Origin: Anaerolineae bacterium
Lineage (GTDB): Bacteria; Chloroflexota; Anaerolineae; Aggregatilineales; Phototrophicaceae
Reading direction: 5' to 3'
Assembly (NCBI GenBank): GCA_022825675.1
Contig: JAJDWK010000096.1
Coordinates: 11,820 to 75,819, forward strand
Length of the DNA stretch: 64,000 nucleotides
Part shown: one piece after another, positions 48,099-58,219 of the stretch
Position numbering within the stretch: the first letter of the stretch is position 1
Layout: the number at the start of each line of letters is the position of its first letter
Made by a program: the position numbers and the translations under genes
The notes under the pieces: model-generated
Told to the model about the DNA's origin: nothing
Databases searched by the model: none
The model's input: the letters and a program-made list of their open reading frames with translations, nothing else

Positions 48099-48824
48099 AT
48101 GCTGCGAATAGCAACTCTCCACAAAAAGAAAGCATCTGTCCAAGCCAGCCTGCTCTGCTTTCTGCTCGGCTGGCTTGCTATCTGGGCGGCGGATCTCGTC
48201 TTTAGCCAGCAATTCTTCGCGGGGTGGCGCGGTGCCATCAGCTTGCCGCTTTGGGCTGCCATCAGCGCGCTGCGCCCGGCGCTGCAAATACTGTGGATAC
48301 GCTGGGCATTGAAGCTGCGCTTGCTCTGCTGGCTGCCGCTCGCCCTGCTGGGAGAATTTGTCGGCAGCTATCTGATGACGCAATTCATGAAGCATGTCGG
48401 GCAGAGCGCCGTTGCTCCGGCTCACGGCGCTGGCTTTTTCCCGGTGTCGTCAGTGCCGCCGGGCTACGACCTTCACATGCTCACGACAATGTTTCTGCTG
48501 GTGACCGTGCCTTTGGCAATCCAATGGCTGGCATTGTTTCGGCGCTTTCACGCGCATGCTTTGTGGCTGCTGGCGGCGCTTGTTGTCTGCCCGCTCAGCG
48601 CGATGCTGATTGGCGGCGCTGGCGTCTTCAAAGCGGCGCTGCGCCTGCTTGACAGCGCCAGCGGGCATGCCCTGCTCAGAAGCCCGCATTCGGGCGCGCT
48701 GGCGGAACTCAGCCTGCGCCTGGATGAGGCGATTCCCGTCGCGATTATGGGCATGGTGCTGTATTATGCGCTGCGGCGCGGCGCAAAGACCAAAGCGCCG
48801 CCAGCGCCGGGCGCTTCACCGTGA
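48099..48824 (+). CDS. Hypothetical polytopic membrane protein
   Basis: ATG ORF with 5-6 hydrophobic helices. No motif recognised. Confidence 0.45.
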   Translation: MLRIATLHKKKASVQASLLCFLLGWLAIWAADLVFSQQFFAGWRGAISLPLWAAISALRPALQILWIRWALKLRLLCWLPLALLGEFVGSYLMTQFMKHVGQSAVAPAHGAGFFPVSSVPPGYDLHMLTTMFLLVTVPLAIQWLALFRRFHAHALWLLAALVVCPLSAMLIGGAGVFKAALRLLDSASGHALLRSPHSGALAELSLRLDEAIPVAIMGMVLYYALRRGAKTKAPPAPGASP

Positions 48825-48842
48825 GATATGAGCGAAGGTGGC

Positions 48843-50963
48843 TTATTTCATGCCAGTGGTTGCGATGCCGGTGGTGATGTACTTCTGCAAAAAGCCGAAG
48901 ACAAAGGTAATCGGCAGCGCCGTCAGCACCGTCATCGCCAGGATGAGGTCCCATTGCAGCGTCAAATCGCCCTGAAAAGTCTCCAGCCCGACTTGCAGGG
49001 TGAACATTTCGTCGCGCGTCATCACGATTTTGGGCCAGAGGAAATCGTTCCAGCGCCAGATGGTCGAAAATATCGCCAGCACCGCCAGCGCCGGCGCCGC
49101 CAGCGGCAGGATGACCTGCCAATAAATCCGCCATTCGCTGGCGCCGTCAATGCGCGCCGAATCCAGCAATTCGTCAGGAATCGTCAGCATGTATTGCCGC
49201 AGCAGGAAGACGCCCGTTGGTGTGCCGATGGTCGGGATGATGATGCCGATGAGCTGATTGTTCCAGCCCAGCGCGGTAATGAGCAGAAATGCGGGCACGA
49301 GGATGACCGAAAGCGGCACCATCAAAGTGCTGATGATGAGCATGAATATCACGCTGCGGCCGCGGAAGCGATATTTGCTAAGCGCGAAAGCCGCCATGCT
49401 GTTGACGAAGAGCGTCAAAATGGTCGCCGCCGCCGTAACCGTGACGCTGTTGGCGAGGTAACGCCAGAAGTTAAAGCTCTCAACGCCGCGGCGGTAATTG
49501 TCCAAGCTGAAGCGCACACTCTCGACCGGCTCGCGGTCGCCCAGCTTGACGCGAATGACGCCAGCATCGGGGTCGGCGGGGTCAAGCATCTGCGCTTCCA
49601 AGCCGACGCGCCGCCGCTGCGCGAGCTGCGCGCTGCTGCCATCTTCCAGGCGCACATTGTAGAGCGGCAGCGGCTCATCATAGCCAGCCACTGCCACCAG
49701 TTCTTGATGATAGGGCAGGAAACGCGGCGGGAAACGTTGGATATCGCCCGAGCTTTTGAACGACGACATCACCAGCCACAATACGGGACCGAACATCACC
49801 GCCACGCCCAGCAGCAGATAGCCATAAGTGAAAAATGCGCGCCGCCGCACTGTGCTGAAGAGCCAGCCGAGGGCATTGCCGACAGCATCAAGCAGCGCTT
49901 GCAGCAGCACGAACAGCGGCGCGAGCGCCCGCGCCAGGCTGGCGAGCAAGCTGCTGACGGAAGAAGGCGGGGCAGTCTTTGGCTTGTCGTCGGTTTCAGC
50001 TTCCAAGCCGGTGCCTTGCACGCGGATTTGCACAATCGTCAGCACAATCAGCACCGCCGCCATCACCAGCGAGGTCGCCGCCGCCAAGCCATATTCGCGG
50101 AAGGGGCTGGCGAAGCCGTTGTTGTAAATATAATGCACGATGTAAAGGGTGGCGGAGCCGGGTCCACCGCCGGTGAACGCAAAAACGACATCAAATATCT
50201 GCACGGCGCGGATGGTAGAAAGCACGATGACCACCAGCATCGTCGGCGCCAGCAGCGGCAGGGTAATCGAGCGGAAAGCGCGCCAGCTGCTCGCGCCGTC
50301 AATCGCCGCCGCTTCGTATAAATCAGCGGGGATGGCTTGCAAGCCGGCGAGCAATATCAAAGTGTAGAAGCCCATCAGCGACCAGACGCTGACCATGACC
50401 ACCCAAAAGCGCGCCCAATTGCGGTCGGTTAGGAAGCGCATTTTCTCGCCGCCGAGGCTGACGATGACGGCGTTGAAAAGCCCGTTTTCCTGCAGCATCC
50501 AGCGCCAAATCAGCGCGACTACAATGGGAGAAAGCAATACGGGATAAAAGTATACGCTGCGGAAGAAACCGCGGGCGCGGATTTTGCCATTGAGCACCAC
50601 CGCCGTCAGCAGGGAGACGGCAATCATCACCGCGACTTGGGTGATAACAAAGCCGGCGGTATTCAAGACGGCTGAGGCGAAGAGGTCTTCGTCACAGGTG
50701 GCGGGGCGCAGAAAATCGCCACAGTCGAAGAGCCGTTCCAGGTTCTGCGCGCCGACATACGGGCGCTGATACAGGAATAGCTTGTCGCTGCCGGTGAAGG
50801 TATAGACAAAATTGAAGAGCATCGGGAAGAGGATAAAAATGGAGAATACCAGCATATTCGGCGCGACAAAAATGTATGCCATGCCGGATATGCCGGTGAA
50901 ACTTTGTATGCGGTTGAAGAGCCCGTCAAAGAGGTTGACGAAACTTTCGAGTACCTGGTTCAT
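48843..50963 (-). CDS. Fused sugar ABC permease (MalF-like N-half plus MalG-like C-half)
   Basis: Two EAA loops: ...GLQAIPADLYEAAAIDGASSWRAF... and ...LRQYMLTIPDELLDSARIDGASEWRIY..., joined by an ~80-aa linker, in one 706-aa ORF. Confidence 0.85.
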   Translation of the reverse strand: MNQVLESFVNLFDGLFNRIQSFTGISGMAYIFVAPNMLVFSIFILFPMLFNFVYTFTGSDKLFLYQRPYVGAQNLERLFDCGDFLRPATCDEDLFASAVLNTAGFVITQVAVMIAVSLLTAVVLNGKIRARGFFRSVYFYPVLLSPIVVALIWRWMLQENGLFNAVIVSLGGEKMRFLTDRNWARFWVVMVSVWSLMGFYTLILLAGLQAIPADLYEAAAIDGASSWRAFRSITLPLLAPTMLVVIVLSTIRAVQIFDVVFAFTGGGPGSATLYIVHYIYNNGFASPFREYGLAAATSLVMAAVLIVLTIVQIRVQGTGLEAETDDKPKTAPPSSVSSLLASLARALAPLFVLLQALLDAVGNALGWLFSTVRRRAFFTYGYLLLGVAVMFGPVLWLVMSSFKSSGDIQRFPPRFLPYHQELVAVAGYDEPLPLYNVRLEDGSSAQLAQRRRVGLEAQMLDPADPDAGVIRVKLGDREPVESVRFSLDNYRRGVESFNFWRYLANSVTVTAAATILTLFVNSMAAFALSKYRFRGRSVIFMLIISTLMVPLSVILVPAFLLITALGWNNQLIGIIIPTIGTPTGVFLLRQYMLTIPDELLDSARIDGASEWRIYWQVILPLAAPALAVLAIFSTIWRWNDFLWPKIVMTRDEMFTLQVGLETFQGDLTLQWDLILAMTVLTALPITFVFGFLQKYITTGIATTGMK

Positions 50964-51023
50964 AGTGTCACTTCTTGCGCCGGGGCATAAAAGCGGCGGC
51001 GGCCCCGGCGCTATTTTCAGGCG

Positions 51024-52199
51024 CTAGCCGCCCGCCGCCATATTCGCGGCGGCTTCGTCCAATTGCTCTTGCAGGCGCGCCATCGCTTCATCCAGCGTCA
51101 GCTCGCCGGCGAAGTATTGCCGCGAGTAGGTATTGGAGGCTTCATAGTAGACTGGTGCCAGAGGATGCGAACCCAGCGCTATTGCTTGCCGTTGCAGTTT
51201 CGGCACCTCGCGGGCGAATCCGTTGAGCGCGGCCGCGATGACCGGATTGTCGGTATGATAGTCAATCGTTTCAGCGTAAGGGTTACTTTGGGCTGGCACG
51301 GTTAATGTCCTGGCGGCGAACTCGGCGGCGATAGCTGGCGCATATAGATACTCAAAGACCTGGTCGACCGCGTCTGGATGTTCCGAATCGACGAAAGTCA
51401 CCAGCTCGGTAAATTGCGCCACGCCCGTTGCGCCGCCTGGACCCGCCGGATTAGGCACAATCTGCCATGCGAAGTCATCGCCGACCTGCGCCGCCACTTC
51501 TTCCACTTTCCAGCTTCCACAGATGTACATCAAAGTTTCGCCGCGCACAAAGTATTCCTGCGACTTGCCGGTTCCCAGCAAAGTATCGGCCGGCGTCTCG
51601 CCAGCTTGCATCAAGCTTTGCAGGATTTCGAGGAAGTCGCGCAAGCCAGTGGCATCAGGCAGGGTCAAAAAGCCCGCCTCGTCGAAATAGCGCGCGCCCA
51701 GGCTCATCGCCGGACCTACCAAACGATGATCTTTGTTGTCCACCGCCAGCATATAGGGCGTATTGGTCGCCTCACTGACTTGACGCAGCGCGAGCAGCCA
51801 ATCGTCCCAACTGGCTTCTGCGCTAGGCAGAGCCACGCTCGCTTGCTCAAAGAGAGATGTATTGACAAACGGGGCGACCACCGCGGCTGTATCGGCAAAA
51901 CCGTAACGCAAGCCAAGATCGCGGCTTTGCATGACATTTTGGTCGGCGATGCGCGCGATATCCAGCCCGTTCACTGGCGCGGACAGCCGCTCGTGAATCT
52001 CCGCTGCCGGCACAGTCTCCACAGTGACTTCAATCGCCGGGTTCTCCTGAGTGAAGCGCGCCAGCAAGTCAGCGTAAACATCGCACTCGTTGCCATCCTG
52101 AAAGCAGGCGAAGCGCAGCGCCACCGATTCTTGCGCCGCGCTCATGCCTGTGCTGACAGCTAGCAGGAAAAGCAAAACTATGGGCACTGCTCTGTTCAT
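51024..52199 (-). CDS. Sugar ABC substrate-binding protein, paralogue 1
   Basis: Signal MNRAVPIVLLFLLAVSTGMSAAQ. The C-terminal ~35 aa are nearly identical to paralogue 3. Confidence 0.85.
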   Translation of the reverse strand: MNRAVPIVLLFLLAVSTGMSAAQESVALRFACFQDGNECDVYADLLARFTQENPAIEVTVETVPAAEIHERLSAPVNGLDIARIADQNVMQSRDLGLRYGFADTAAVVAPFVNTSLFEQASVALPSAEASWDDWLLALRQVSEATNTPYMLAVDNKDHRLVGPAMSLGARYFDEAGFLTLPDATGLRDFLEILQSLMQAGETPADTLLGTGKSQEYFVRGETLMYICGSWKVEEVAAQVGDDFAWQIVPNPAGPGGATGVAQFTELVTFVDSEHPDAVDQVFEYLYAPAIAAEFAARTLTVPAQSNPYAETIDYHTDNPVIAAALNGFAREVPKLQRQAIALGSHPLAPVYYEASNTYSRQYFAGELTLDEAMARLQEQLDEAAANMAAGG

Positions 52200-52281
52200 C
52201 TTTTTTCCATCTTCCAACTTGAGAGCTAAGCAAGTGTCTGTGGGGTGGCTCTGCCAGCCGCCCCACAGAGTTGAACTCCCG

Positions 52282-53577
52282 CTAGCCGCCCGCCGCCAGG
52301 TTGGCAGCCGCTTGATCCAGATCTTCTTGCAGGCGCGCCATCGCCTCGTCCAGGCTGAATTCGCCAGCGAAGTACTGCGCCAGGCGCGTGTTGGAAGCGT
52401 CATAATAGGCGAAAGCCAGCGGGTGCAGGTTCATCGCCACGCCGTTTTCGGTAACTTTGGTGCCATCGACGCCCGCCTGGTTCAGCGCCGCCGATATCGC
52501 CGCGTTATCGGTATCAAACTCGACGCCCAATGCCACCACCGGCGGGTTCGGCGGGATCAAAAGCGTGCGTGAAGCGAACTCTTGCCCGACTTCTGGCTGC
52601 AAGAGATATTCCATCACGCGCGCTACCGCCTCGGGATGCTCGGTTTGGGCATAGCCGACGATGGATGCGCCGCCAGACGCGCCGGCGCTGCCGCCGGGAC
52701 CTACCGGGTTCGGCACCAGCACCCAGTCAAAGGCATCGCCGATTTCGCTGCCGAAGCCGTTGATTTGCCAACTGCCCGAATACAGCATGACCACCTCGGC
52801 ATTCACGAAATAATCGCGAGCGGAGGAATACTGCCCGCCGCCCAGCCAGACTTCGGCTGGCGTCAAGCCATTATCGAACCAGGCTTTCATCCATTCGGCG
52901 AAGGCGCGATAGCCGGGGTCATCTTCCAGGGCGAAGTTGCCGTCTTCGTCAAAGAGCTCAATGCCCAGCGCGAAGCCGGCGGAAGCGAAGCGGTGCCCCT
53001 TGTTGTCGATGGCAAAAGCGTAGGGCGTGCCGGTGGCTTCCGCCACGGCGGTGATGGCATCGGTCCAGGTCGCCCAGTCAACTTCGCCGCTCATATCACT
53101 GGGCACATCGATGCCCGCCTGGTCAAAGAGCGTGCGGTTGATGAAAGCGGCAGTCACCGAAAGCTCATCGGGGAAGGCATAGAGGCCATCGTCATCATCG
53201 CCAGCGCGGAAGGCTTGCAGATAGGGCGCGGAAAATGCGCCTTCGATTATTGCCGCGTCCGAAAGCAGGGGGCGCAGGTCCAAATAGAAGCCAGCCATGC
53301 CGCCGAAATCGGTGATGCGCGCCATATCAGGCGCTTGCCCCGCCTCCACCTGTACGCGCAGCTGATCGCGCACGGTGTTGTAGGGCACGGTATTCACCGA
53401 GACGGCAATATCCGGGTTATCGGCAGTGAAGCGCGAAAGCAGGTCATCATAAACCTGGCATTCGATGCCGTTGTTGTAGCACATGAAATTGAGCTCGACC
53501 ATATCCTGCGCCAGCGCCGCCGCCCCCAGCGACAGCATCAGGACGCTGAGCAGTAGAAAAGTTGTGAAGCGTTTCAT
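52282..53577 (-). CDS. Sugar ABC substrate-binding protein, paralogue 2
   Basis: Signal MKRFTTFLLLSVLMLSLGAAALAQD. Collinear with paralogue 3. Confidence 0.85.
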   Translation of the reverse strand: MKRFTTFLLLSVLMLSLGAAALAQDMVELNFMCYNNGIECQVYDDLLSRFTADNPDIAVSVNTVPYNTVRDQLRVQVEAGQAPDMARITDFGGMAGFYLDLRPLLSDAAIIEGAFSAPYLQAFRAGDDDDGLYAFPDELSVTAAFINRTLFDQAGIDVPSDMSGEVDWATWTDAITAVAEATGTPYAFAIDNKGHRFASAGFALGIELFDEDGNFALEDDPGYRAFAEWMKAWFDNGLTPAEVWLGGGQYSSARDYFVNAEVVMLYSGSWQINGFGSEIGDAFDWVLVPNPVGPGGSAGASGGASIVGYAQTEHPEAVARVMEYLLQPEVGQEFASRTLLIPPNPPVVALGVEFDTDNAAISAALNQAGVDGTKVTENGVAMNLHPLAFAYYDASNTRLAQYFAGEFSLDEAMARLQEDLDQAAANLAAGG

Positions 53578-53680
53578 GGTGGTGTCTCCTGTATTACTAC
53601 TGATAAAAGATACAAAATGTTGGCATCGCCCTAGCCGATACACCGGCTGGAGCGATGCCAATGCTATCAGGCTGAGCTGG

Positions 53681-54976
53681 CTAGCCGCCCGCCGCCATAT
53701 TCGCGGCGGCTTCGTCCAACTGCTCTTGCAGGCGCGCCATCGCTTCGTCCAGCGTCAGTTCGCCGGCGAAGTATTGCGCCAGGCGCGTGTTGGAAGCGTC
53801 ATAATAGGCGAATGCCAGCGGGTGCGGGTTGAGCGCGACCGCCTGGTCTTGCAGCTTGGGCACTTCGGAGGCGAAGCCGTTAAGCGCCGCCGCTACCGCT
53901 GGCGATGCTGACGGATAATCAACGCCCATGGATGCCACAGCATTATGCCCGGGGATGCCCAGGGTGCGCGAAGAAAATTCGCCGTAGACCTCCGGCTGCA
54001 AGAGATATTCCATCACCGCCGCTACCGCTTCCGGATGCTCGGTGGCGCTGTAGCCGACAAGCGCGGCACCGCCAGCGACGCCGGTGCTGCCACCGGGACC
54101 GTAGGGATTCGGCACAACAATCCAGTCAAAGGCATCGCCGATATCCGCCGAGAAGCGGCCAATCTGCCAACTGCCGCTGAAATACATCACCGCCTCGACA
54201 TTGATGAAATAATCCTGAGCGCCGCTGTATTGGCTGGTGCCCAGCCAAGTCTCGGCGGGGGATTTGCCAGCGCTGATCAGGTCATTGAGGATCATGGCGA
54301 AGGCGCGGAAGCCCTCTTCATCTTCCAGGTCGAAGTTGCCGTCTTCATCAAAGAAGTTGGCGCCCATGCTCATGGCGGGACCGGCGAAGCGATGCCCCTT
54401 GTTGTCAATCGCCATGGAATACTGGACGCCGGTCGCGCTGGCGACTTCGTCCAGCGCCATCAGCCAGTCTTGCCAGCTGGGCTCATCCATGACATCGCTG
54501 GGCATATCGACGCCCGCCTGCTCAAAGAGCGTCGCGTTGACATAGGGCGCGGTGACTGTCGCCGCGTCCGGGAAGCCATACAAGCCATCCATATCGCCCT
54601 CGGCGCGGAAAGACGCCAGAATCGCCGCCGGCACATTGTCTTCCAGCAAAGCGGGATCGTCCATCAGCGGGCGCAGGTCCAGGTAGAAGCCCGCCATGCC
54701 GGCAAAATCGGTGATGCGCGCGATATCGGGCGCTTGCCCCGCCTCGACTTGTACGCGCAACTGATCGCGCACGGTGGTATAAGGCACCGTATTCACAGCG
54801 ACGCTGATGCCGGGGTTCGCCTCGCTGAAGCGGCTGAGCAGGTCGTCATAGACCGTGCATTCATTGCCATTTTCATAGCACATGAAGTCGAGCTCGACCA
54901 TGTCCTGCGCCAGCGCCGCTGCCCCCAGCGACAGCAGCAGGGCGCTGAGCAGTAGAAAAGTGGTGAAGCGTTTCAT
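53681..54976 (-). CDS. Sugar ABC substrate-binding protein, paralogue 3
   Basis: Signal MKRFTTFLLLSALLLSLGAAALAQD. Confidence 0.9.
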   Translation of the reverse strand: MKRFTTFLLLSALLLSLGAAALAQDMVELDFMCYENGNECTVYDDLLSRFSEANPGISVAVNTVPYTTVRDQLRVQVEAGQAPDIARITDFAGMAGFYLDLRPLMDDPALLEDNVPAAILASFRAEGDMDGLYGFPDAATVTAPYVNATLFEQAGVDMPSDVMDEPSWQDWLMALDEVASATGVQYSMAIDNKGHRFAGPAMSMGANFFDEDGNFDLEDEEGFRAFAMILNDLISAGKSPAETWLGTSQYSGAQDYFINVEAVMYFSGSWQIGRFSADIGDAFDWIVVPNPYGPGGSTGVAGGAALVGYSATEHPEAVAAVMEYLLQPEVYGEFSSRTLGIPGHNAVASMGVDYPSASPAVAAALNGFASEVPKLQDQAVALNPHPLAFAYYDASNTRLAQYFAGELTLDEAMARLQEQLDEAAANMAAGG

Positions 54977-55053
54977 AGTGGTTCTCCTAAACTTATACAG
55001 ATGTCAAAGGCTGCGGTCCTTATCAAAACCGCCCCGCAAAGAGCGCCTGGCTT

Positions 55054-56397
55054 TCACAGGCGCAGAACAGGCATATCGAGTTGCCGCGCCAGCGCTGCCA
55101 GCGCGCCTTGATGCTCGCCATAGACCAGCGATATATGATGCTCCAGCCCCTCGCGCAGGATGCGCTCCATGGCAGCGGCGGCACCGCTGTCAAAGCGGAT
55201 GCGGCCGCTGGTGCCGCTGAAGGCGGGCGGCGCTTTCAACATTTCGCCGCCGCCGATGACCAGGCGGAATTGCCCGGTCGCTTCGCTCAAACGGGCGAGG
55301 GTCACGCGCCCCGGCTTGAGCGGGAATTGCAGCAGCAGCGGCTCCGCGCGGTTGGAGTGGATGGTGGCGCTGGGCTGCACCTCCGGGTCCGCCATCGAAA
55401 GCGGTGCCAAGCCACAATGCCAGAGCGTCGCTTCGTCCGCCGCGGCGTCAATCGCGACAATATCGCTGCCAAAAGCGGGCGCGCCGCCCAGCCATTGCAA
55501 GATGAGCTGCGTTATCGTGCCATTGACATCGGCTTCGCAGCTGCAGGGCGTCAGCGCATCGCTGAGCAGGGACATGGCGCCGCATGCCGAACAGCCCAAA
55601 TCGGTGAAGAATTCGGGCCAGCAGCGCACCGCCATGCCGCTTAGATTGTGCTCGCGCGCCAGCTCTTTCAACGCGACGCAAGCGCCGAGCGTACCTTGCG
55701 TTGGTCCCGGTTCCATTTTGTCGAAATCCGCCAGGGTCGCGCGTAAGTCCGCCGTCAGCGCCGTTACTTCGCCGGCATCAGCGGCGCGCGCCCGCGCAAA
55801 AAAGGACGGCAGCTCGAAGTGCCGCAGCTCCAGCCCCAGCTGTTGGCGCAGCGCCGACTCATTGACGCGGCAGGTATCGAAGCCGTCTGGCGGCGCGCCC
55901 AGCCGCCCGATGCGCGCGCCTGTCAGCCGCCGCTTGACGCCCGCGGCAACTGCGAAATCGCGCACTTTTGTCAGCGCCGCCGCGTCTTCTGGCGCGCCAT
56001 GCACATAGTCATAGCCGATGCCCGCCCGCCGCAAGCCATGCGCCGCCAGGTTGACGCCGCAGAAGGAATTGATGCGCAGCCGCCCGCCGACCTGCGCCTC
56101 CGGCAGCGCCCAGAGCAGCAGCGGCACCGGCAAAGCCCGCGCCAACTCCAATGCCATCGTGCTATCGGCGAAGCTGGCTTGCAGCAGCAGCAGCATATCA
56201 ATAGCGCCCGCCGCCAATTGCTCGCTGCGCGCTTCGACGGCGGCGGCATCCATCAGCAGCGCCTGCCCGCCAAGCAGCTGATAGCCCGCCTCATCAAGTT
56301 GCTGATAGACGCGCCGCGTCAGCTCATGCGCCAAGCCAAGGTCGAATGTCGGGCGGGCGATTGGCGCGAAGCCGATGCGAATATCAGCGGGTTTCAT
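55054..56397 (-). CDS. L-fucose/L-arabinose isomerase family protein (sugar isomerase-like)
   Basis: MKPADIRIGFAPIARPTFDL... start and ~450-aa length are typical of the FucI-like superfamily. Assignment is from recall only. Confidence 0.6.
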   Translation of the reverse strand: MKPADIRIGFAPIARPTFDLGLAHELTRRVYQQLDEAGYQLLGGQALLMDAAAVEARSEQLAAGAIDMLLLLQASFADSTMALELARALPVPLLLWALPEAQVGGRLRINSFCGVNLAAHGLRRAGIGYDYVHGAPEDAAALTKVRDFAVAAGVKRRLTGARIGRLGAPPDGFDTCRVNESALRQQLGLELRHFELPSFFARARAADAGEVTALTADLRATLADFDKMEPGPTQGTLGACVALKELAREHNLSGMAVRCWPEFFTDLGCSACGAMSLLSDALTPCSCEADVNGTITQLILQWLGGAPAFGSDIVAIDAAADEATLWHCGLAPLSMADPEVQPSATIHSNRAEPLLLQFPLKPGRVTLARLSEATGQFRLVIGGGEMLKAPPAFSGTSGRIRFDSGAAAAMERILREGLEHHISLVYGEHQGALAALARQLDMPVLRL

Positions 56398-56466
56398 CGC
56401 AAGCGACCTGGCAGCGGAGCCATAAGCGGACTTCCTTTCGATCTTGATGCTAGCTTGATGCCAGCG

Positions 56467-57885
56467 CTAGCTCAAATTGACCACCATCAGGCGCAGGTGG
56501 GTCATATCTTCGATGGCGTATTTGATGCCCTCGCGCCCATAGCCGGAGGCTTTGATGCCGCCGTAAGGCATGTGGTCGACGCGGAAGGTCGAGACGGCGT
56601 TGACCTGCAAGCCGCCGACATCCACGCGCTCCCAGGCGTCCATGATGCGTTTGATATCCTTGGTGAAGACGCCCGCCTGCAAGCCATAGGGGCTGTCGTT
56701 GATGGTCGCCACCGCCTCGTCCCACTCGTCATAGGGGCTGAGCGTAACCACTGGCGCGAAGACTTCTTCGCAGTTGACGCGCATGTCGGGCGCGGTCTCC
56801 GTCATCACCGTCGGCGGGAAGAGCGTGCCAGCGCGCTCGCCGCCATAGAGCAGCGAAGCGCCGGCCGCCTGCGCCTCGCGCACCCAGCTTTCGGCGCGCT
56901 CGGCATCTTTTAAAGTAATCATGGGACCGATGTCAACCTCGGGGTCGCGCGGGTCGCCCAGTTTCAGCGCTTTGACTTCGTCGATAAAGCGGTCGGTGAA
57001 GTCTTCAAAGACATCACGCTGGATCAAAACGCGCTGCACCGAGATGCAATTCTGCCCGGCATTGGCGAAGCCGCCCGCCGCCGCCTGGCTGGCGGCAGCC
57101 GCCAGATCGGCGTCATCATGCACAATCAAGCCGGCGTTGCCGCCCAGTTCCAGCGTTACTTTTTTCTGCCCGGCTTTGCTCTTCAGCATCCAGCCGACAG
57201 CGCCGCTGCCGGTGAAGCTAATCATGGCGATGCGCGGGTCGGTAACCATTATCTCGCTGTCGCGCCCCCAGGCGTTAAGCATGCTGAAGGCGGCTGGAGG
57301 GTAGCCTGATTCCAGCGCGATTTCCGCCAAAATCACCGAAGACAGCGGCGTTTTTTCCGCCGGTTTGATGATGATGGGGTTGCCAGCGGCGATGGCGGGA
57401 CCAATTTTGTGGCAAGCCAGGTTGACCGGGTAATTAAAGGGCGTTATGCCCAGCACCGTGCCCACCGGGCTGCGGCGGGTGAAGCCCTGGCGGTTGACGC
57501 CGGCGGCTGTCCAATCGATGCTGAAGACCTCGCCGCCGATGCGCCGCGCCTCTTCCGCCGAGACTTTGAGCGTCTCCAGCGCGCGCGCCGTCTCGCCGAC
57601 AGCCGTTTTGCGGTTCTTGCCGCCTTCGAGGATCATCGCCTCGACCACTTCATCAAAGCGCTCGCGCAGCAGCTGGCGGAACTTCTCCAGAATCTCGGAG
57701 CGGCGGTAGCTGGGCAAGGCGCGCGTCTCTTCGAAGCCGGCGGCAGCCGCCGCCATCGCGTCCTGCATATCCTGGGCGCTCGCCATCGAGACGGCGTCAA
57801 CCACGCTGTCGTCATAGGGGAAGCGCACCTCCAGCACATCGCCGCTGCCACGCCATTCGCCGCCGATCAAATTCTTCTTTACCAT
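56467..57885 (-). CDS. NAD(P)+-dependent aldehyde dehydrogenase
   Basis: ...FTGSGAVG..., ELGGNAG, catalytic GQNCISVQR. Confidence 0.9.
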   Translation of the reverse strand: MVKKNLIGGEWRGSGDVLEVRFPYDDSVVDAVSMASAQDMQDAMAAAAAGFEETRALPSYRRSEILEKFRQLLRERFDEVVEAMILEGGKNRKTAVGETARALETLKVSAEEARRIGGEVFSIDWTAAGVNRQGFTRRSPVGTVLGITPFNYPVNLACHKIGPAIAAGNPIIIKPAEKTPLSSVILAEIALESGYPPAAFSMLNAWGRDSEIMVTDPRIAMISFTGSGAVGWMLKSKAGQKKVTLELGGNAGLIVHDDADLAAAASQAAAGGFANAGQNCISVQRVLIQRDVFEDFTDRFIDEVKALKLGDPRDPEVDIGPMITLKDAERAESWVREAQAAGASLLYGGERAGTLFPPTVMTETAPDMRVNCEEVFAPVVTLSPYDEWDEAVATINDSPYGLQAGVFTKDIKRIMDAWERVDVGGLQVNAVSTFRVDHMPYGGIKASGYGREGIKYAIEDMTHLRLMVVNLS

Positions 57886-57985
57886 GTCAGGTCCCTAAAT
57901 CTTTCCGCCGATATGCTTGCAGTATAGCAAATAAATGCTGATTTGTTCAAAGCCGACTGGCTGGGGCAATCGCATCACATTTTTA

Positions 57986-58123
57986 TTCACCACCGAGACG
58001 CAGAAGTAAATCCAACAAAGTAATTGGAATTTGCAAGCGCGAAGATTCGACAAGGATTTTTACCACCGAGTACACCGAGAAAAGCACGAGAAAATCTCTG
58101 TACGCGCAACAAAGTAATTGGAA
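57986..58123 (+). repeat. Composite copy (R4) of the CACCGAG-type repeat, flanked by 17-nt direct repeats
   Basis: TTCACCACCGAGACGCAGAAG (inverted arm), then CAACAAAGTAATTGGAA (58013-58029), then a core ...GATTCGACAAGGATTTTTACCACCGAGTACACCGAGAAAAGCACGAGAAAATCTCTGTA, then CAACAAAGTAATTGGAA again (58107-58123). Confidence 0.75.
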
Positions 58124-58219
58124 ATGTAGGGGCGAGCCTTGGCTCGCCCTCTTGAACCAAGGCGGAGGAGTAACGTCGCTTAACCGCCCGCACTATCAAG
58201 GCGAATTTTGTGGGTGCCC

